From NCBI RefSeq assembly GCF_964204865.1, contig NC_135264.1:15128001-15192000 (forward strand): DNA of 64,000 nt, read 5' to 3'. The position numbers and the translations under genes are program-made. The notes beneath the pieces are model-generated. The model worked only from the letters and a program-made list of their open reading frames with translations. It ran no database searches and was not told where the DNA came from. This stretch comes from Styela clava (Eukaryota). Shown here piece after piece: positions 25,282-40,800 of this stretch. How positions within the stretch are numbered: the stretch's first letter is position 1; each line of letters starts with the position of its first letter.

Positions 25282-28200
25282 GCACGAAATGCATTGATTA
25301 ATTAAGAGGTTAAACCAAACAAAAAAAAAACAAGCACTACTCGAGAATTTCATCGTGCCTTTCTGTTAGTTTAAAGAATTTACTTTTGGAATACAAACGA
25401 CTGGGCTCTGACGCACATAGGGGCCACGAAGCGGTTTTTAAGGGCGACGAGCCTTCAGTTATTCATCCGACTAATTCAATTTTAATTGAATTGACTGAAA
25501 TTTGTTCAATTCGTATGCTGCGCTAATGATAAACTTGTTTTTTTATCCAAGAGTTGAGAAACTTTGGAGAAGAGTTATTGATCATGTCAGTTTAAGAAAC
25601 ATCGACTTATGCAAAATAATGCTTTAAGTATCGCCCAAAATATTTCCAATCAATCCAAAAAGTTGGTGAACTCCAACTTCACGCTTGTCACGTAGTCTGA
25701 TTAATTTGATATTTCATGAAATCATTAGAAAGAATATTTCACCAGTCACATGGAGATGTCGCGCGATGAATTTTGTTTCAGTTCGTGACAAAAATCATCT
25801 GAGAACCAGAACCACCTAGAGTAAAAATTCGAACTCATCGGACCTGAATAAATTTCAGTGATAGCAAACATGATAGCCCTGTTTATAATGTTTTATACTT
25901 CGATTTCGAAACGATTTCTGTCTTTGACCAACCACGATAAGGCCTTACGCGAATCGCCAATTTCGCATGGATGTCACTCTATATCAAGAGTGGGCTATAG
26001 GTTTTTAAACCAGTGGCCAAAACGGGCCATGTAAGTGTGACGTAAAATTTACATTTTTTGAACAATATTTATAGTGTTACAAAAGCAAAAAGGGACATCA
26101 AAAACTTCACGTCAAAACTAAATTTAATCGCAATTTAAACCAATTCCTCGAGATATTTTTTTGCTTTTAGTTTGATTTGGCAGCATCAGGCGGGCCAGAT
26201 TGATTTACCCAACGGGCTGAATTTGGCCCGCGGGCCGTGGTGTGCCCATGTCAGCCATATATGTTTTCTATATTTGGTAATAACGGGGATTACCGCCAAG
26301 GGTCAACCGACTTTATTTAACAAGTTTGTGAAATGATTTGCATCATATAGAATTTATAAAAGTGGCCATGACGCAACGACTGCAAATTCATTCGCAGGAT
26401 CAAATGCAGCGATTGCAAAATATATTCAGGGTGAATTACTACAGTTGAATTTATCAACGGCTTTGTTTCCTATTTAAATGATTTTAACTGCATCTAGACT
26501 AAATGGGAAATAGTGACAAATGAGTAAGATCTGTTTCACGTTTTCTTATAAAGAATTCTGATATGAACATAAATGTTTTTACTTTAACCATAATCTTACG
26601 CTTTCTCCAATTAATCATTGCCATTTAAAAGTGATACTTAATTTTTAATTATTTTTTTTTCAAAATTTGAATACAAATTAATTAAAAACTAAATATAAAT
26701 ATGATAAATAATGACAAATACAATCGTGATATGAGTATATGTTGATGGTTCTAAAGGAAAAGGATGTCAGTCTTATCGATTATATATCGTACGTGTCTAC
26801 GTGATATTCCAGAGCTGCACGGTTCAACGTTTTTTAGAATTTCTTAACTACCCTTTTACACCAACAAGATAGGGATAACTATACACTTACTCTAATTCGT
26901 TTTAACTTTAAAAAATATTGCATAGTATAACGATTTTCTTGTTAGGGTTTCAAGGTAAAAGGACAAATGTTGAAATGTAAAAAAAACGTTTATTACAAAA
27001 TATGCAATATATGCTCTTTCATAAGGTATATAATCATAGTTTGAAGCATAGTTTCTCTTGACCTTTTTTTTTCATTTTCGCCCTTTCCATGTGAAACGCT
27101 CGATTGCAAAAAAGTGGCATCACGACTGATAATACAAAATAATATCAGCAATAACAGCCGCTGTATATTTAAAAAACAACTTTAAAGTTTAGCTGTGATA
27201 AACGTTGTCGTATAAAAAAATTATTATCATTGTACGTTTATTATGCTATATGAGTCAGTTGTATTCGTCAAAACGTTGAAAAAAATCTCCTTCAGTTTTA
27301 CGGACAAACAAGTTTATGAATGAGTGGTTAAACACGAGATTTCGAAAAACACTCGAAATTTATTTACAAACTTCTTGAAGCTGAATAAAGACTTTACGAT
27401 CGCTTTATTTTCCCTCTTGTTCAATGTTAAAAATGTCCAGCACTCATACTTGATTTCAACAGTTTATAATAAAGCAACTTTATATTAACAACGCAACGGG
27501 CATGAACATACAGGATATGAAACCATAGATTTCTTTATTACTTTCACAAAAAGGGAGTAATGATTTATTAAATTGTGTTTAACTCATAAAAATCTCTACA
27601 TTTAAACTTCTGTTTGCGTATGATTGCGTTAATAGGTTTTAGTAATCTAGGACGATAAGTTCTCTCTAGAATGTGTCCCAAATATATGAGTCGCCATATT
27701 TGGGAAATCTTTGGGGCGTCTACATGTAATAAAGAGTATTAAGACAATAGATTTACGTGATATGTCGTATAGATTTTGTGTTGTATTCAATTTTTACTCT
27801 AATGTCCTTTATCTTAGACTCTGAAAACATGAACTAACTATACTTTGCTCAGAGACGCGGCTCCTTTTTTTTTGATCGAGTGTGCGTGAGCTTCTTTTAA
27901 CAAATTCTTTAAAAAACTGTTGGGTTTCATTGCAGAAATATATTTGTGCTAGTTCGCAATAATCACATCAAGATTGCGAAATATCGCGGGATTTTTGTCG
28001 TGATCTGCTGAACGACGTTTAAATGAAACTTAATCATAAGGTGGGCGATAGATAACTCGGACTTGAAGAATTGAAGGTCAATAAATGTTAAATTCACCTA
28101 TACATCTTATCACATAATACAACATCTTGTATTTTTGCAGCTACCCTGAAATTTGTTCTAGTCTCTATATCTGACATGGGCAAACTAGGGCCGACGGGCC

Positions 28201-29639
28201 AAATCCGGCCCGTTGAGTAATTCAGTCTGGCCTGCGTGAAGCCGCCACAACCAACCTAAATCCAAATTTTGATGTTTTAGCTGGAAATAGCTCATGAATT
28301 TGTTGAGATTGCAATTAAATTAGGTTTGGCACGAGGCCTATTGCTTTCCACTTTTGCTGTTGTAACACTGTAAATATTGTGCATAAAATGTAACTTTTTA
28401 CGTCATACTTACATGGCCCGCCAGTCTAGATAGGCAAAATTTTTGGCCTCAGTTCTAAAAACCTTGCCCACATCAGGTCCACACCAGATGGATACTCACG
28501 TGAACAGCCAAATATCCCTCTGTAGTAGCGGCTAAATGACGATTCGGACCGTCCTAATTGTTTATAAGTTAGCCCAATAGTCTTTTACGGCGGAGGCGAA
28601 GCAAATAGCCACCATATGTGAGTCCTACTGTCTAGGGAGCAAACTACTTGGGAAGCTAATAATATGATAATTATGAACAAATATCTGCCTGTAGTACAAA
28701 ACAGATGTCTAAATAATAGTCCAATAACCGTATAAATGTTACTAGGGACAATATATCCACCCCGTCTCATAAAAGTATATTAATCAGCCTCTAATAATAT
28801 AGTCCGGTACGGAGGTGTATTCAAATAGCAATTGGGATCTCATATTTATCGCTAATTCAAAGCTGTATTGAAAAAGGTATCCTGGAGTGGTGTTCTACGT
28901 ATTAGTTTTGCTACTTGAAATATTGGTAAATTAAAAACTCAAACAAGTAATTATAAAACATTACATTGCAATATCAGTTAATATGACACTTCTTTCTTAC
29001 AGTATAAATGAAATTTACGCTAACGGAATACATGTATCGACCAAGCTTGGCCAGTGATATTAATATAAGCTTCGTAAAAACGTGAGATATTTTGACAAAA
29101 GTCAGTATATCTTATTTTCGAAATTATGTTCTGCACGACTTTTTGAATTGCGACATATTTTGCGGCATTCGCTTTCATTTGTAGCGTGAACGCTATTTAT
29201 TACGCATAATCTGTGATCTTAATATCTGTTTTCTATCTTAGGAGATTCAATTTTATTATTGATTGTGAATTGCCTCTATAGCACGCCATTGGGTAGGTCT
29301 GTTATTATATACTTGAAATTAGAAATAAAAATCGTTTTTTAGAAATGGGTTCTCACAATATAATAATTAACCCATCGACTTTTTCTATTTAATTAGGATG
29401 CAAAGGTCTTTTACATTAAATTGTTTATTTCATTTCTATGCCCACATCGCTGTGAGAAAAGCTCTGGACAGATAACAAGTGATAGAAAGTTACTATATGA
29501 AATCTTTTTTTGTTGTTGCCTAATTTGTTGCGTGCATATCTAAATTAAATATTTCAAATCCAACGGTTTGCATTTTTTTCGTACGCAGAAACCGTACTCG
29601 CGATTGCGCTCTTTACCTCTCGTCGCGTCGAAGCCTTTT

Positions 29640-29760
29640 TTCCATCTCAGCCCCAAGGGCAGAGTCGATCGGCGTTATATAAATCCAAGATTCGTAAGCT
29701 AGATGTTAGTTCTCTTGCTGAAAAGTAAGAGAGTAAGAGGGAGACTACACAACTTGTAAG
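29640..29760 (+). promoter_or_regulatory. TATA promoter and non-coding first exon of the plus-strand TEP gene
   Basis: TATATAAA at 29676-29683, Inr-like TTAGTT ~29706, strong donor AAG|GTAAGA at 29760/29761. Conserved in the inverted paralogue at 1362-1470. Confidence 0.7.
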
Positions 29761-31815
29761 GTAAGAATCTTTTTTATTATTTACGCAACGGGAGTTCGTT
29801 TGCAATGAAACACACGATGGCCCTACTATAAAATTCAGATTGAAAAGTTTCAGATTTCATGATAGAATTTGATATATTTTGGAAATATTCGACAGATTCA
29901 GATTTTTATTTTCGTCGTGCATGAAATATTGTACAAACAAAATTGATCAAAATATATAACAAAACATCAATTAAAATATACTGGAATACAATATTTGCGC
30001 AATTGACGAGGAACCGCGAGAGACTAATAAAGTCATCGTGTCAGCGACACCGTAAAGCTGAACACCGTAAAGCTGAAAAAATGATGAAATTCTAAATTTA
30101 ATAACTGAATTATGAATGTAAAATGGAGTTTTGACTTATATTTATTACTTTTTTTAAATCGCTCCTCGAGTGAAACAACTAAAAAAAATAAAACACCGAC
30201 AGAATAATCAGAATAATCATAGGACCGAGGTTCTCCACGTGCTTAAGCTTTCAAACCAGCTTTCTTTCCCCGGCGAAAAGTTTTAAATCTATGGTAAATA
30301 AATATGATCGCGATTGGTAATGAATGGCCTAAACATGGACGATTATAGGGCTGCCATACCCATACAGAAGGTTAGCAATAGCGATGAATATATCGTCGCA
30401 ATCGCTATTTGAATGACATTGTAGAGTCTTGTGTAGACGATTAGGAGACTTGGAATAAGTTTGTTTACATGATCGCCGCTTACATAGGATTTACATATTG
30501 ATCCCGGGAGAAGAAAGCCGATAAGACGGCTTAATCATATGACGAACCACGGCCTCTCGCCAGGTTACCAGTTCATGTCGGGTACGCGATGAGTTAGTAC
30601 GTTATTCGTTTTCGGAAGCATGGACTTGAACATCCTACTTTGTAAAGGGCTATCGGGCAGCCATATAGGCACCAAGTTAGGAATAGAGATGGAAATATTT
30701 TCCAAAATGTCATTTAAATTTCACCCTATGTAGAGAGCTATAAAGATAGGCAGTAGGTTTACTCTTATTATTGTCTTGGCGGTCGTAAATAGCGTAATTA
30801 CAGTAATGGAAAGTACTAAAATGAAGACTCATTTGCGGCAGCCACTCAGCGGCAAATTAATTTTCGCGTGTCCAATGTAATGAGGCAATAAAACCTAAAG
30901 AGAGCAATTACCGACTCAAATGACACTTAGTAGTTAGCGACGACAACAAATAACACAGTACATAAACAAACAAGATGGCAGATAAAGTCAGAAAGGTTCA
31001 GACACGATCTGCCGAAAGCAAAAGTCTGGAATAAACAGATATTACCACACAAGCGCAGGCGAGGCCTCGTGTATATCTCGGAAATGGAAGGGGATCATCT
31101 CTGAACAAAGTTACGTATGCCGATCACTGAAATTACGAGAGGCACTAAAACTATATAGGGTGGCTAACACGGCGATCACCACGTCTCGAGTAGCCGGGCT
31201 CTATATCGAAAGGTCCACCCGGTGAAATTTAATTCTGAATTGAATTAGAAAGTTGTTGTTATCGTTCATTTAAAATCTTTCGAGATTAAACGAACGGTCT
31301 GATAATGTACGTCATCTATGACGTCATTTATTATATCACAACATGGTATTAGTAAGCTTGTCAGCAACCAATAAATGTTTGTACTAGTTGCAAGAATATC
31401 TTTTGTAAATAGCAACACAGCAAAGGGATTAATCTTTTCGTTCTATATACGTTTGAATATCGTAAAACCTCATCTAAGAGTAGATAGCAATTAAGATACC
31501 TAAAAAAATATTAAGAATAAATACAAACACTCGAATATAGGAAGAATATGTGACTATATACCAAATTTTACCAGGTTTTGAGTACTACGTCAACCATTTT
31601 CGGTTTAAATTTTTCGCTTTTTTCAAGTTGTTTAGAGAATCTCATAGTAGTACTAATGTGGTTCAAATATGGATGCCTAAATCAATGCAGCGTGACGGGC
31701 AGAATTGTGGCTCATATTCTATCATAATAATATTCTGCCCCAAATCTGAATAAAATATATCTGTTTCTGTCTACTAACTGATTTTAATTTGTTTTTCAGA
31801 AGTAAACAGTCTAAG

Positions 31816-34800
31816 ATGAAATTACTGGCAACTTTGTCGTTGCTGTTGATTGCAACACAGGCGGCAGTAGGAGAGAAGTAAGTTTTTTTTTTCTACTCCA
31901 CATTACTAAATTATCGATGTTCAAGGTTACGGGTCGGCAACCTTTAGTATTGAAAAAAGCCATTTGTCATCCTTTCCATAAACCGGTGCTGCAACATCTA
32001 TTCTAATGTCAGTGGCTATTAAAACAGATTGTCGTAATCGACATCTCGACGAGTTCATCTGACTTCTGAAAATTTGATTTGCTTTCGACGACTGGAAATA
32101 AAATTTAGGCTACAAAATCCACAATTTTTTAAGGAAATGCCGACCTTTATACTATTATAAGTAACAGCAAAAATTGCCGAGCGTTGGAACTCGACGTATA
32201 GATGTGTGGGGACAACTGCGACAGCATAGGTCGCAGCGTCCCAAAGCAGGTCCAGTTGCAAGGCTTTTCTATGCTACTATAATTTAACAAATCCCGTTTT
32301 GTTTCCTCAGTACCTACTCCATTTTCCTGCCTAAATATGTTCGACCAATGACACCATTTGCTTTTGACGTTGAGATAATCAAGAGCGAAAATCCCGTACG
32401 AGTGACCGCTACTTTGGAATCTGATGATGGTAAATTCGATGCAAACCTGATAACGGTCATCAACAGCGGTGAGTGATGTTTATTATGCTTTATTTCATAT
32501 AGCTCCGAACAAAGCAGCTCCAAGTTATGTATACCAACATACCTTTCGTGGAAGCGATGTTATGAATGACCTCAGTCTTTGACTCACAATAGAGACTTAA
32601 GTAATCTGAATGGAACGAATGAGACTCACCCTTTCAGCTAACCCAGGGGTTTTCAATCTTTTGGGGTTATTATGCCCGTGAAGAGGTTGACTATCATTTA
32701 CGGAGCCCCACAGTAAATTTATACTCACAATGTTCCTGAGTAAATTAAAATTACTTTACTTAATGTCTCGAATGTATTTGCTGCTTGTCAAAATTTATTA
32801 ATGACGTTAAGGCCAGTTTGAATATTTACAAAATTAGCCAAGTCAGTATTTTAATAAGCAAACTTATAGCTCGCTCAGCCCCTTGGTTTCTCGCGGAGTT
32901 CTGGGACTCCGTAAGAAGCACCTTGAGAACGTATGAACTGACTGACTTGTCTCTGTGATTGGACTCGATCACCCGTAATACTTATATAAACGCTGATTTG
33001 TGGAAGGCCAGCTAAAAGCACGCTATAGACAACAATATTTAAAAATAAACATATATCTATTTGTGTGTAAAGTAATCAATTACAGATGAATAACACTGAA
33101 TTCACACATCTAAACTATTCGTATCGTTGTGTTTTCAGGTTCAAGCCAAAGAGTTGTCTTAGAACCGGTAAGCTGAATCTTTTAACGAACTCCTATTTTG
33201 ATATTAATTATTTTTGTGTTTCAATGCTTCGTAGGGATCATTAAACACACATGTATTCGGGAACCTGATCTGAGATGAAAAAATTGAATTCACGAACCGA
33301 AAAGAAAAGCGTTGAAGTGATCAATTCTGAGTCGATATATCTAGCGGTTTCAGTTCACTACGAAACCATGCCCGCCCATCTTCAAATTTTCTTAAAGTCA
33401 TTTTGTTATATTCAGATTCCCGCTGACTATGACGGACCTACAGATTTCCTTTTTTCGATTATCGGTGAAGACACAGTAACTGGTAAAACCTTGTTCCAAA
33501 ACAAAACTAAGAAGAACGATATCAGCTTCCAGAAGAAATTTGTTTCTATTTTTATTCAAACTGATAAAGCTATTTATCAACCAGGACATACAAGTAAGCT
33601 TAACATTCATGCTGATTTTTTTATTATTTTCGCTCAAATTAAGAGTACAGGGTACATAGTATATGGTACATATTACTTATATCAAGGGGAAGAAGAAAAT
33701 AGACCAGGGCTTGCTCATATGTCGAACTAATTATTACCTGTTGTTCTGCGGCTAAATAAATTATCGTAAACAACTCGCCAGTTAGTTTTTGCATTGACAC
33801 GAATACAAGCCTTACGAGAACCACCGTTAAGAAGTCCAGTAATCGTCTCAAACATGAATATTCTCACTCGGATTCAAAATATAAATCTTTAACGTTAATT
33901 TTGTAATGCTTCAAAACACCGACCTATCTAGTTTGGTACACACTGCGTTCTGTCGATGAATTACGTTAAACAGGATTTTCAAACTTATTCTAAGGAGAGA
34001 AAAGTCAACAATTCGGCATAATACAATGGCTTACCATGTCCTCTCATCAGTTTACCAGTCCGTGCCGGATTGGGGAACAGTTGACCAGTTATTCGTTTCA
34101 TATGCATGGACTTTTCCTATGATCTAGAATCTGACATGAACATACCATTCGGCCCGTTGCTTGATTCAATCTGGCCCGCCTGGTGCTGCCACGACCAAAC
34201 TAAATTTTGATGTTTTAGTTTAAAAAATACCTCAAGGAATTTGTTGATATTGCGATCAAATTCAGTTTTGGCATGAGGTTTATTGTGTTCCACTTTTGCT
34301 TTTGTAACACTGTGAATAATGTTCATAAAATTTAATTTTTTACGTCACACTTACATGACCCGCCAGTCTAGGTGGGCAAAATGTTTGGCCCAGGGTCCAA
34401 AAACCATGTCTACTCTTGATCTAGTCTAGATTTTGACAGCTCTACACGGCAATATTCCTTCATCCATTTACGTATTTTTTGTCTAATATAGTCAAATTCC
34501 GTGGAGTCGTCACCACACCCGACCTCACTCCACTTATGAACGCCGACGGTACAACTCCGACTGTGACATACAAACTCGCCGATCCGATGAACAATGTTAT
34601 TTTGATGGAAAGTGACGTCGCATTGAGTAACGGAGTTGCGGGTTCAGAGTTCAAACTGGGAAGATACGCAACACTTGGTGATTGGAGAATTACCTATAAA
34701 GTTTACGTGAGTTGATTTTACAATTGTACAGTGGTGTAGGGTACAGCTCACGGAATACTAACTATCTCACCAAGTCTGGTTCAAGACCACTGACTCGAAA

Positions 34801-37800
34801 GACTTAATTTTGTACTGTATGCATTAAAATACTATATAGGACGAATTCATTTACCCTTACTACTGCCACAAACCAAAGGCGTTTGGTTAACACGTCAGCA
34901 AATTGAAAACCATGGCGGATAAAATGATGCGACCACAAACCAAGACAAGTAGGCTGTAAAAGCAGGGCTGCCCCTGATGGTGACAAACTTTTGATGAGTT
35001 GTAACATTTTCCTTATGAATAGATCCAGTTTTGATGGATTTGGGGTTAGGTTTCAGGTTTAAGTAGATATAATTCCGCATGATAAACTAAAATCGGGCAC
35101 ACGACTTTGTTAATATACCGGCGCTACCGTCATAAAATAATGGGAAGAGACGGTGCGGTTCGTTCGTGGCAGGAGCCGCCATGAAGCGGTAAGAACTGCG
35201 CCTCGTAACTCTCGTCACGTAGTGGTCGTCTGTGACTTTGCTCAGAGATCAGCTTCATATATTTCTTAGAAAATGCTTTGGGCAAATCATCTTATAAAAA
35301 GACCAGTAGCATTTTAACAGTAAACACTTTATAAAAATCTCATATCTCAACTATGAATAAAACGGTATTTTTATCACAAGTAAAAGCTATAATATAGAAA
35401 TCTTAGTTTGTATAATTCAGCGATTTTTTCTTCGCTTCTCATATGGTAAATTTAATCTTTTTAATCTCCAGTAATCTGTATTATCGATACCTTGTGGTTG
35501 TTTACCCATCACTTAGACGAGTCGTCTGATGTGTAAAATAAAAAAAAAACGCTGCCTTCGGGCGATTTGTCGTTAGATTCATCTCAGACAATGACAACGC
35601 AGAATTGCGGGCGATTGTTCGCAGTTATTCAGAAGAAAAAAAAGGAAAATTTTGTGGCCCGCAAACTTTTTCATTATCAACAACTCTAGCAATTTTAATA
35701 CGTCTGTGGTCACCTAAAAGTGTTCCCGTGGCCCTGCAGTGGGCCATGGCCTATTGGTTGAGAACCAGTGAGCTAGACGGACTTGATTTGAGATTAAATA
35801 ATTCAAAATTGTCATTGTCGCTGTATTCCAACCTTAAAACTCAAAACTGCGATTTTCCTGAAAATTCAAATAAATGTAATATCTAAGTAAAGTGACATAA
35901 GGTGGACTCTCGGCGGGAACTCAAAAAAAACTTGCCAATTGTCAACGTTACAACACGGCAAAAATTTTGATACCCCAGATTCAGAAACAAAGAAATTGAC
36001 TTCAATGTAGGGAACAATGTCTAAATTTGCATTGCAAGATCAAAGTTGAGGCAAACACGTGATGTATGGATACTTCCGTAGTATGTGTACCAGGTTATGG
36101 TTAGGCCATAATTTTATTCCGACTATCCTTTTTTTAGTTTTATTTACGAATGCGGACACGCTCTGTGTTAGCCAAGTTAATATACCTCCTGCTCACAGAT
36201 TTCAGTCTCTTTACACAACTTGATGTAAATTTGGTGAACAAAATTAGTTACCTCCATATTGGTACACTTACTTCTGGAGCGCCGGAGTATGTCATAATAC
36301 GTTGATATTAAACTGAAAATTATTTATTCATCGCAATTTAATAAATGAAATCTTTTGAATATTTTCGTTAATTTAAATTTGTAAGATCACGAACTGAAAC
36401 GGAGATATAAAATAAGTTGTTGTCTCCCAATTCTGAATAATAGCAATTTTTATTTCATTATCTGTTGTCTGTTTATATGTTCATGCGGCGTTTTGAAGTT
36501 TGTGCAAACCTCTAATAATAATTAAACGCTGGCGGCTAATATGCGGTAAATGAAGATTAAAACCTGTTGGTATAGAACTTGAATCTTGCGTCAAATGAGT
36601 ACAATGATGGTTTATCGTGTTTACTTCGGAAAGGTTTTTCCAGGAATCGCAACATTGAATCGTTAATATTGTAATCTTAGTTTTGACTCGAGCGGTTTTT
36701 AAAACCCGTCTTGTCACTCAGGATTTCTGGCTTTAATTTGCGCCACTAAAAGTGATGGATATAATCACGTGATTTTATGGGACGAAAGTTTTCGTTAGAA
36801 CATGTTTTAAATGAATGGGGTTCTGATTTTTGGGTTACACTGTATTTTGAATGCGATGACCAAAATGTTAAAATGTTATAGAATTTTGACAGCGACTATT
36901 TAAATTCGCCGGTAATTTGCGATGAACAAAATTCTAAAATGTTTTGAGTCTTCACAACAAATCGAGTAATCCATACATTTATAATTCGTTCTGTGTACAA
37001 GCGACGGTTTGCTCTGAAGCCAGGCTTCAGAGCTTCAGCTTATTCAGCGAACAATTTCTCAATATGCGCATCCACTCAAAAGCACTCGACGTATCCCTAA
37101 ACCACTCAAGATGCCTATTTATCATTCTCAAAAGTTTAGTAAAATCACGACGTCCTTACAAATTTGCGTAAACACATCAAATCACGTTTTATAAGTCAAG
37201 AGGTATTTACGTCACATTGGTGACGTCATATGTATCACGAAAACTGTAGTTTATAACTCTAAGTGCCACGATTTATTCAATAGGCATTATATTTCTTAAA
37301 AAGGGTCCCGAAGAGAGATTTCGAAAACAAATATAATACGTGGCTTTACTCGCGCACTCGAAAGTACTTATGGTGCTCCAGAAGTATGCGCACCAAGATG
37401 TCGCACAACCTGAATCTTTACCAGTACACACATACTATGTTCAGGTTGTGCGCCATCTTGGCCATACATCTGGAGGTCCGTACCTATTCTACTCTAAGCG
37501 ATTGTAGTTCAACGCAAAGTGGTGTCGTATATCATGCAATATGCTTCTTGAAAATATAATCGTGCTTTGAAATTCAAAAATAATTTTGCAATCGGAGTAT
37601 AAGCCTGTTTTAATGTTAAACTATAAGCTCGGGAACGATATTTATTTACAACTAAATTTTAATAAGAACATATTTTCGTAATGCTTTTGAGAGTTTTGTT
37701 TTCGCAAAGCTAAAAATACTTGGCTGAATTTGAGACAAGAAGGGCCTCAAGCAATTCGGAAGATTTTAAATAAGAAATACTATAATATATTAGTGCTAAC

Positions 37801-40800
37801 GCGATTTTCTTCTGACTGCCTCGTGATAAAGTTTTAAATCATGACCGGACAAGCAATTTGTAGAATTCTCTATGATATTAGCGCTTCCGTGAGTTTCTCC
37901 TGGCGCATTTTTAAGTTGTATGCAATGATTGGCGCTTAGCATGACGCCCCGACTGTATGAACAATAAGCTATTTGCTTTAACGGATATTACCGACTGAAA
38001 TGATAAAAAGCTAGTTAACAATACAGGATAGCCAAGCACTCTCTTCATATTCGCTGGTCGTCTCAGCTAGTTATAACACTCGTCAACAATGACATTAGTG
38101 ATGGAACAATGTCTCAAGTTTATTTTTCTGTGTTTTTTTCATGACGAAACAACACCAAATAGAACGCGGGCCACAGATAATGATGCTGCGGGACACATGT
38201 GCCCAACCTCACTAAAATTGACTATTTTATGTTCAGGCATATGAAGAGAGCATCACAGTATCAGTTGAAGAATACAAACTGCCAAAGTTCAAAGTTGAAA
38301 TTAAAACTGATCAGAGTTTCTTGCACCCTGGGTCCATGAAACTTACCGGAGAGGTTGAAGCTTTGTAAGTAAAGTTCTTCAAAATTGAATTTAAATTACA
38401 GTTGATATGTCTCGTTTGAAGTCAATTTTAAATTTAAACATGACGCGACTCGAAAAATGCGACTCGAATTCGGCTATTATATGTACAGGGTTTCAAGTTA
38501 TGGAATATATTGGTTTTAACAGGCAATCCTCGGATTCAAATTCGAAAGTCTACCATTTTGTGTATTTAAATATAATTAAATACATATCAGGCCACTACTA
38601 TTAAGCTTTCTACACTTTAAATATCATTGTTTTGTCAAGACTTTTGATTTGTTTCATTCATCCTCATAATTTAATGCACACTTCCGGGATTCCAAGGGTG
38701 CACTGAGCTTCCACAAGCCTCTCGAATGTTTTATTGGGGTTCAACCAAAAACATTGAAAAACACTGCATTACAATGATGTAGTAGTACCTTGAATGACTG
38801 GTCGTCTCAGCTCAAGACAATTTTCGATTTAAAGATGATTCGTCTCTAGAAAGACGACTTGACCCAGGTTATGACATACATACGCGATGGTTGAATACTT
38901 GGGTGTCGATCGCTAAATTGGATTATTTAATTCGAAAATTCCTAAGTTATTCTGTACCAAACGTACCCATTTAAGCAAGCGTGTGCTATTTCACAGATTC
39001 ACCTTTGGACAACCAGTGAAAGGAAGCGGCAGAATTGAATTCACAATTGATAGATGGGTACCACGCGGACAAAAACCCAACATGATTCTGGAGAAATTTG
39101 CGGTAAGAAACATTGAATTTTCTCGTGTGGATTTTTTTATTCTCTTTTTTAAAACCCAATCCATAACAATCAGATCAAATGACTATTCGGCATAATTGTT
39201 GAGAACTATCTTGCAATTGTTGTATGAATAAGACTTAAAGATAAAATTTGTCCAAGTCATCCCATTCTGATCAAACATTTTTGTGACGAAAACAGCATGA
39301 CCTCAAGATGATGCTATAGATGGGGCAATTCATTTATTTTTTAAAATCAAAGAATTTCACCATATATTATTTTCAAGTAACAATATTCCTATTTCGCAGG
39401 ATTTCGACGGAACAGCTTCATTCTCCGTCAATGCATCTGATATTGAAAAAATCTTGAAATGGAATCCCAAATATGGTTCGAGTCCGCTCAAAATAACCGC
39501 GTTCGTCAAGGACAAAAATACAGGAGACGAATTCAATGGTGAGTATATATTATTGACTGCATTTCCATGACCCTTGACTCCAGGAAAATATCTTCCTGTA
39601 CTTTGCTATTACGAAGTTTCTGATGCATATTAATGAGTGTTTTCATGAGTTCGACCCAAACTAGTTACACTCTCATTACCAGCATTTTAATTTATAATAG
39701 TTAACCACTTGGCAAGTACTGGTATAATAAGCTTATGAGAAGACAAAAAGACCATTGAATTATTTGATCTGTACATAAATTTCAGAAACACAACTAAAAA
39801 CTGACAAATAGCATAACAAAAGATTTTGTGTATGCATGTTTTCTCTAATCGCCTGTTGAGAATATTCAGTCAAAGCTTTTTATGTTTTTTAAGCTTTTTA
39901 AGTTTAAGCTCCAAAAAATTAGGAAGTCTTACTTTGGCTTCGGAGTGTTTGGAATGATGCCTTCGACCAATATCAACAGAAGCGCGCCAAACCCCGACTT
40001 TGCAGCCTTAAACGTTGGCCTATGCTAGGAGTGTGCGACGTTTATTGTTGGTGGGTCATGTAACCAACTTCAGACATCTATAGCTGGGCCACTCAAAAGA
40101 ATGTAGCTATTGGTATGAATGCAAAACAACGAGCGATTTAATGCAGTGACAAGAGCAAAAAACATGTATTTCTACCCACTTGAGCGCTTTATTAAACATG
40201 AACAGTCTGATAAGGTAAATATGCTTGATGGGAAAAATTTGAGTGTTGAAAAGGGCACACTTAAGGGCTTGATGGGCCGAGATGTGAGCCGTGGGCCGTC
40301 TGTTGCACACCACTGGCCTATAGACTATTTCTTATGTGAAGCGTTGCTTTGGGTGAAGTAGAAAATGCTTGTAATTTATGTTACTATTATCATTAAACAG
40401 CTACAACGTCTGTTGACCTTCACAGTAAGCGAATGAAAGTTGAAGCGATTGCAAAACCTGAATTCATCAAAGCTGGACTTCCATACGTGGCATACGTGAG
40501 TTGTTTTTTATTTTCATTATCTTGGCAAAATCGCCGATAGCTGGGGGTTTCAACCTCATTCATCTTAAATTCTATCGATGCCTAAGGATATATATAGATA
40601 ATAAGAATTGAGAAACCCTGATCTAGGGGTGTTCGCGTGGCGCTGACGTCAAACAAACGTAAAGATGAAGTCAAATAAACATCAAATCAGGAGCTTCAAG
40701 TCTTTTTTTCATTTTTAGTTAAAAGTATCAGAACAAGATGGAACTCTACTTTCTGAAGATGACAGAGAGAACCTGGATATGATTATTAATGTTGAATATA

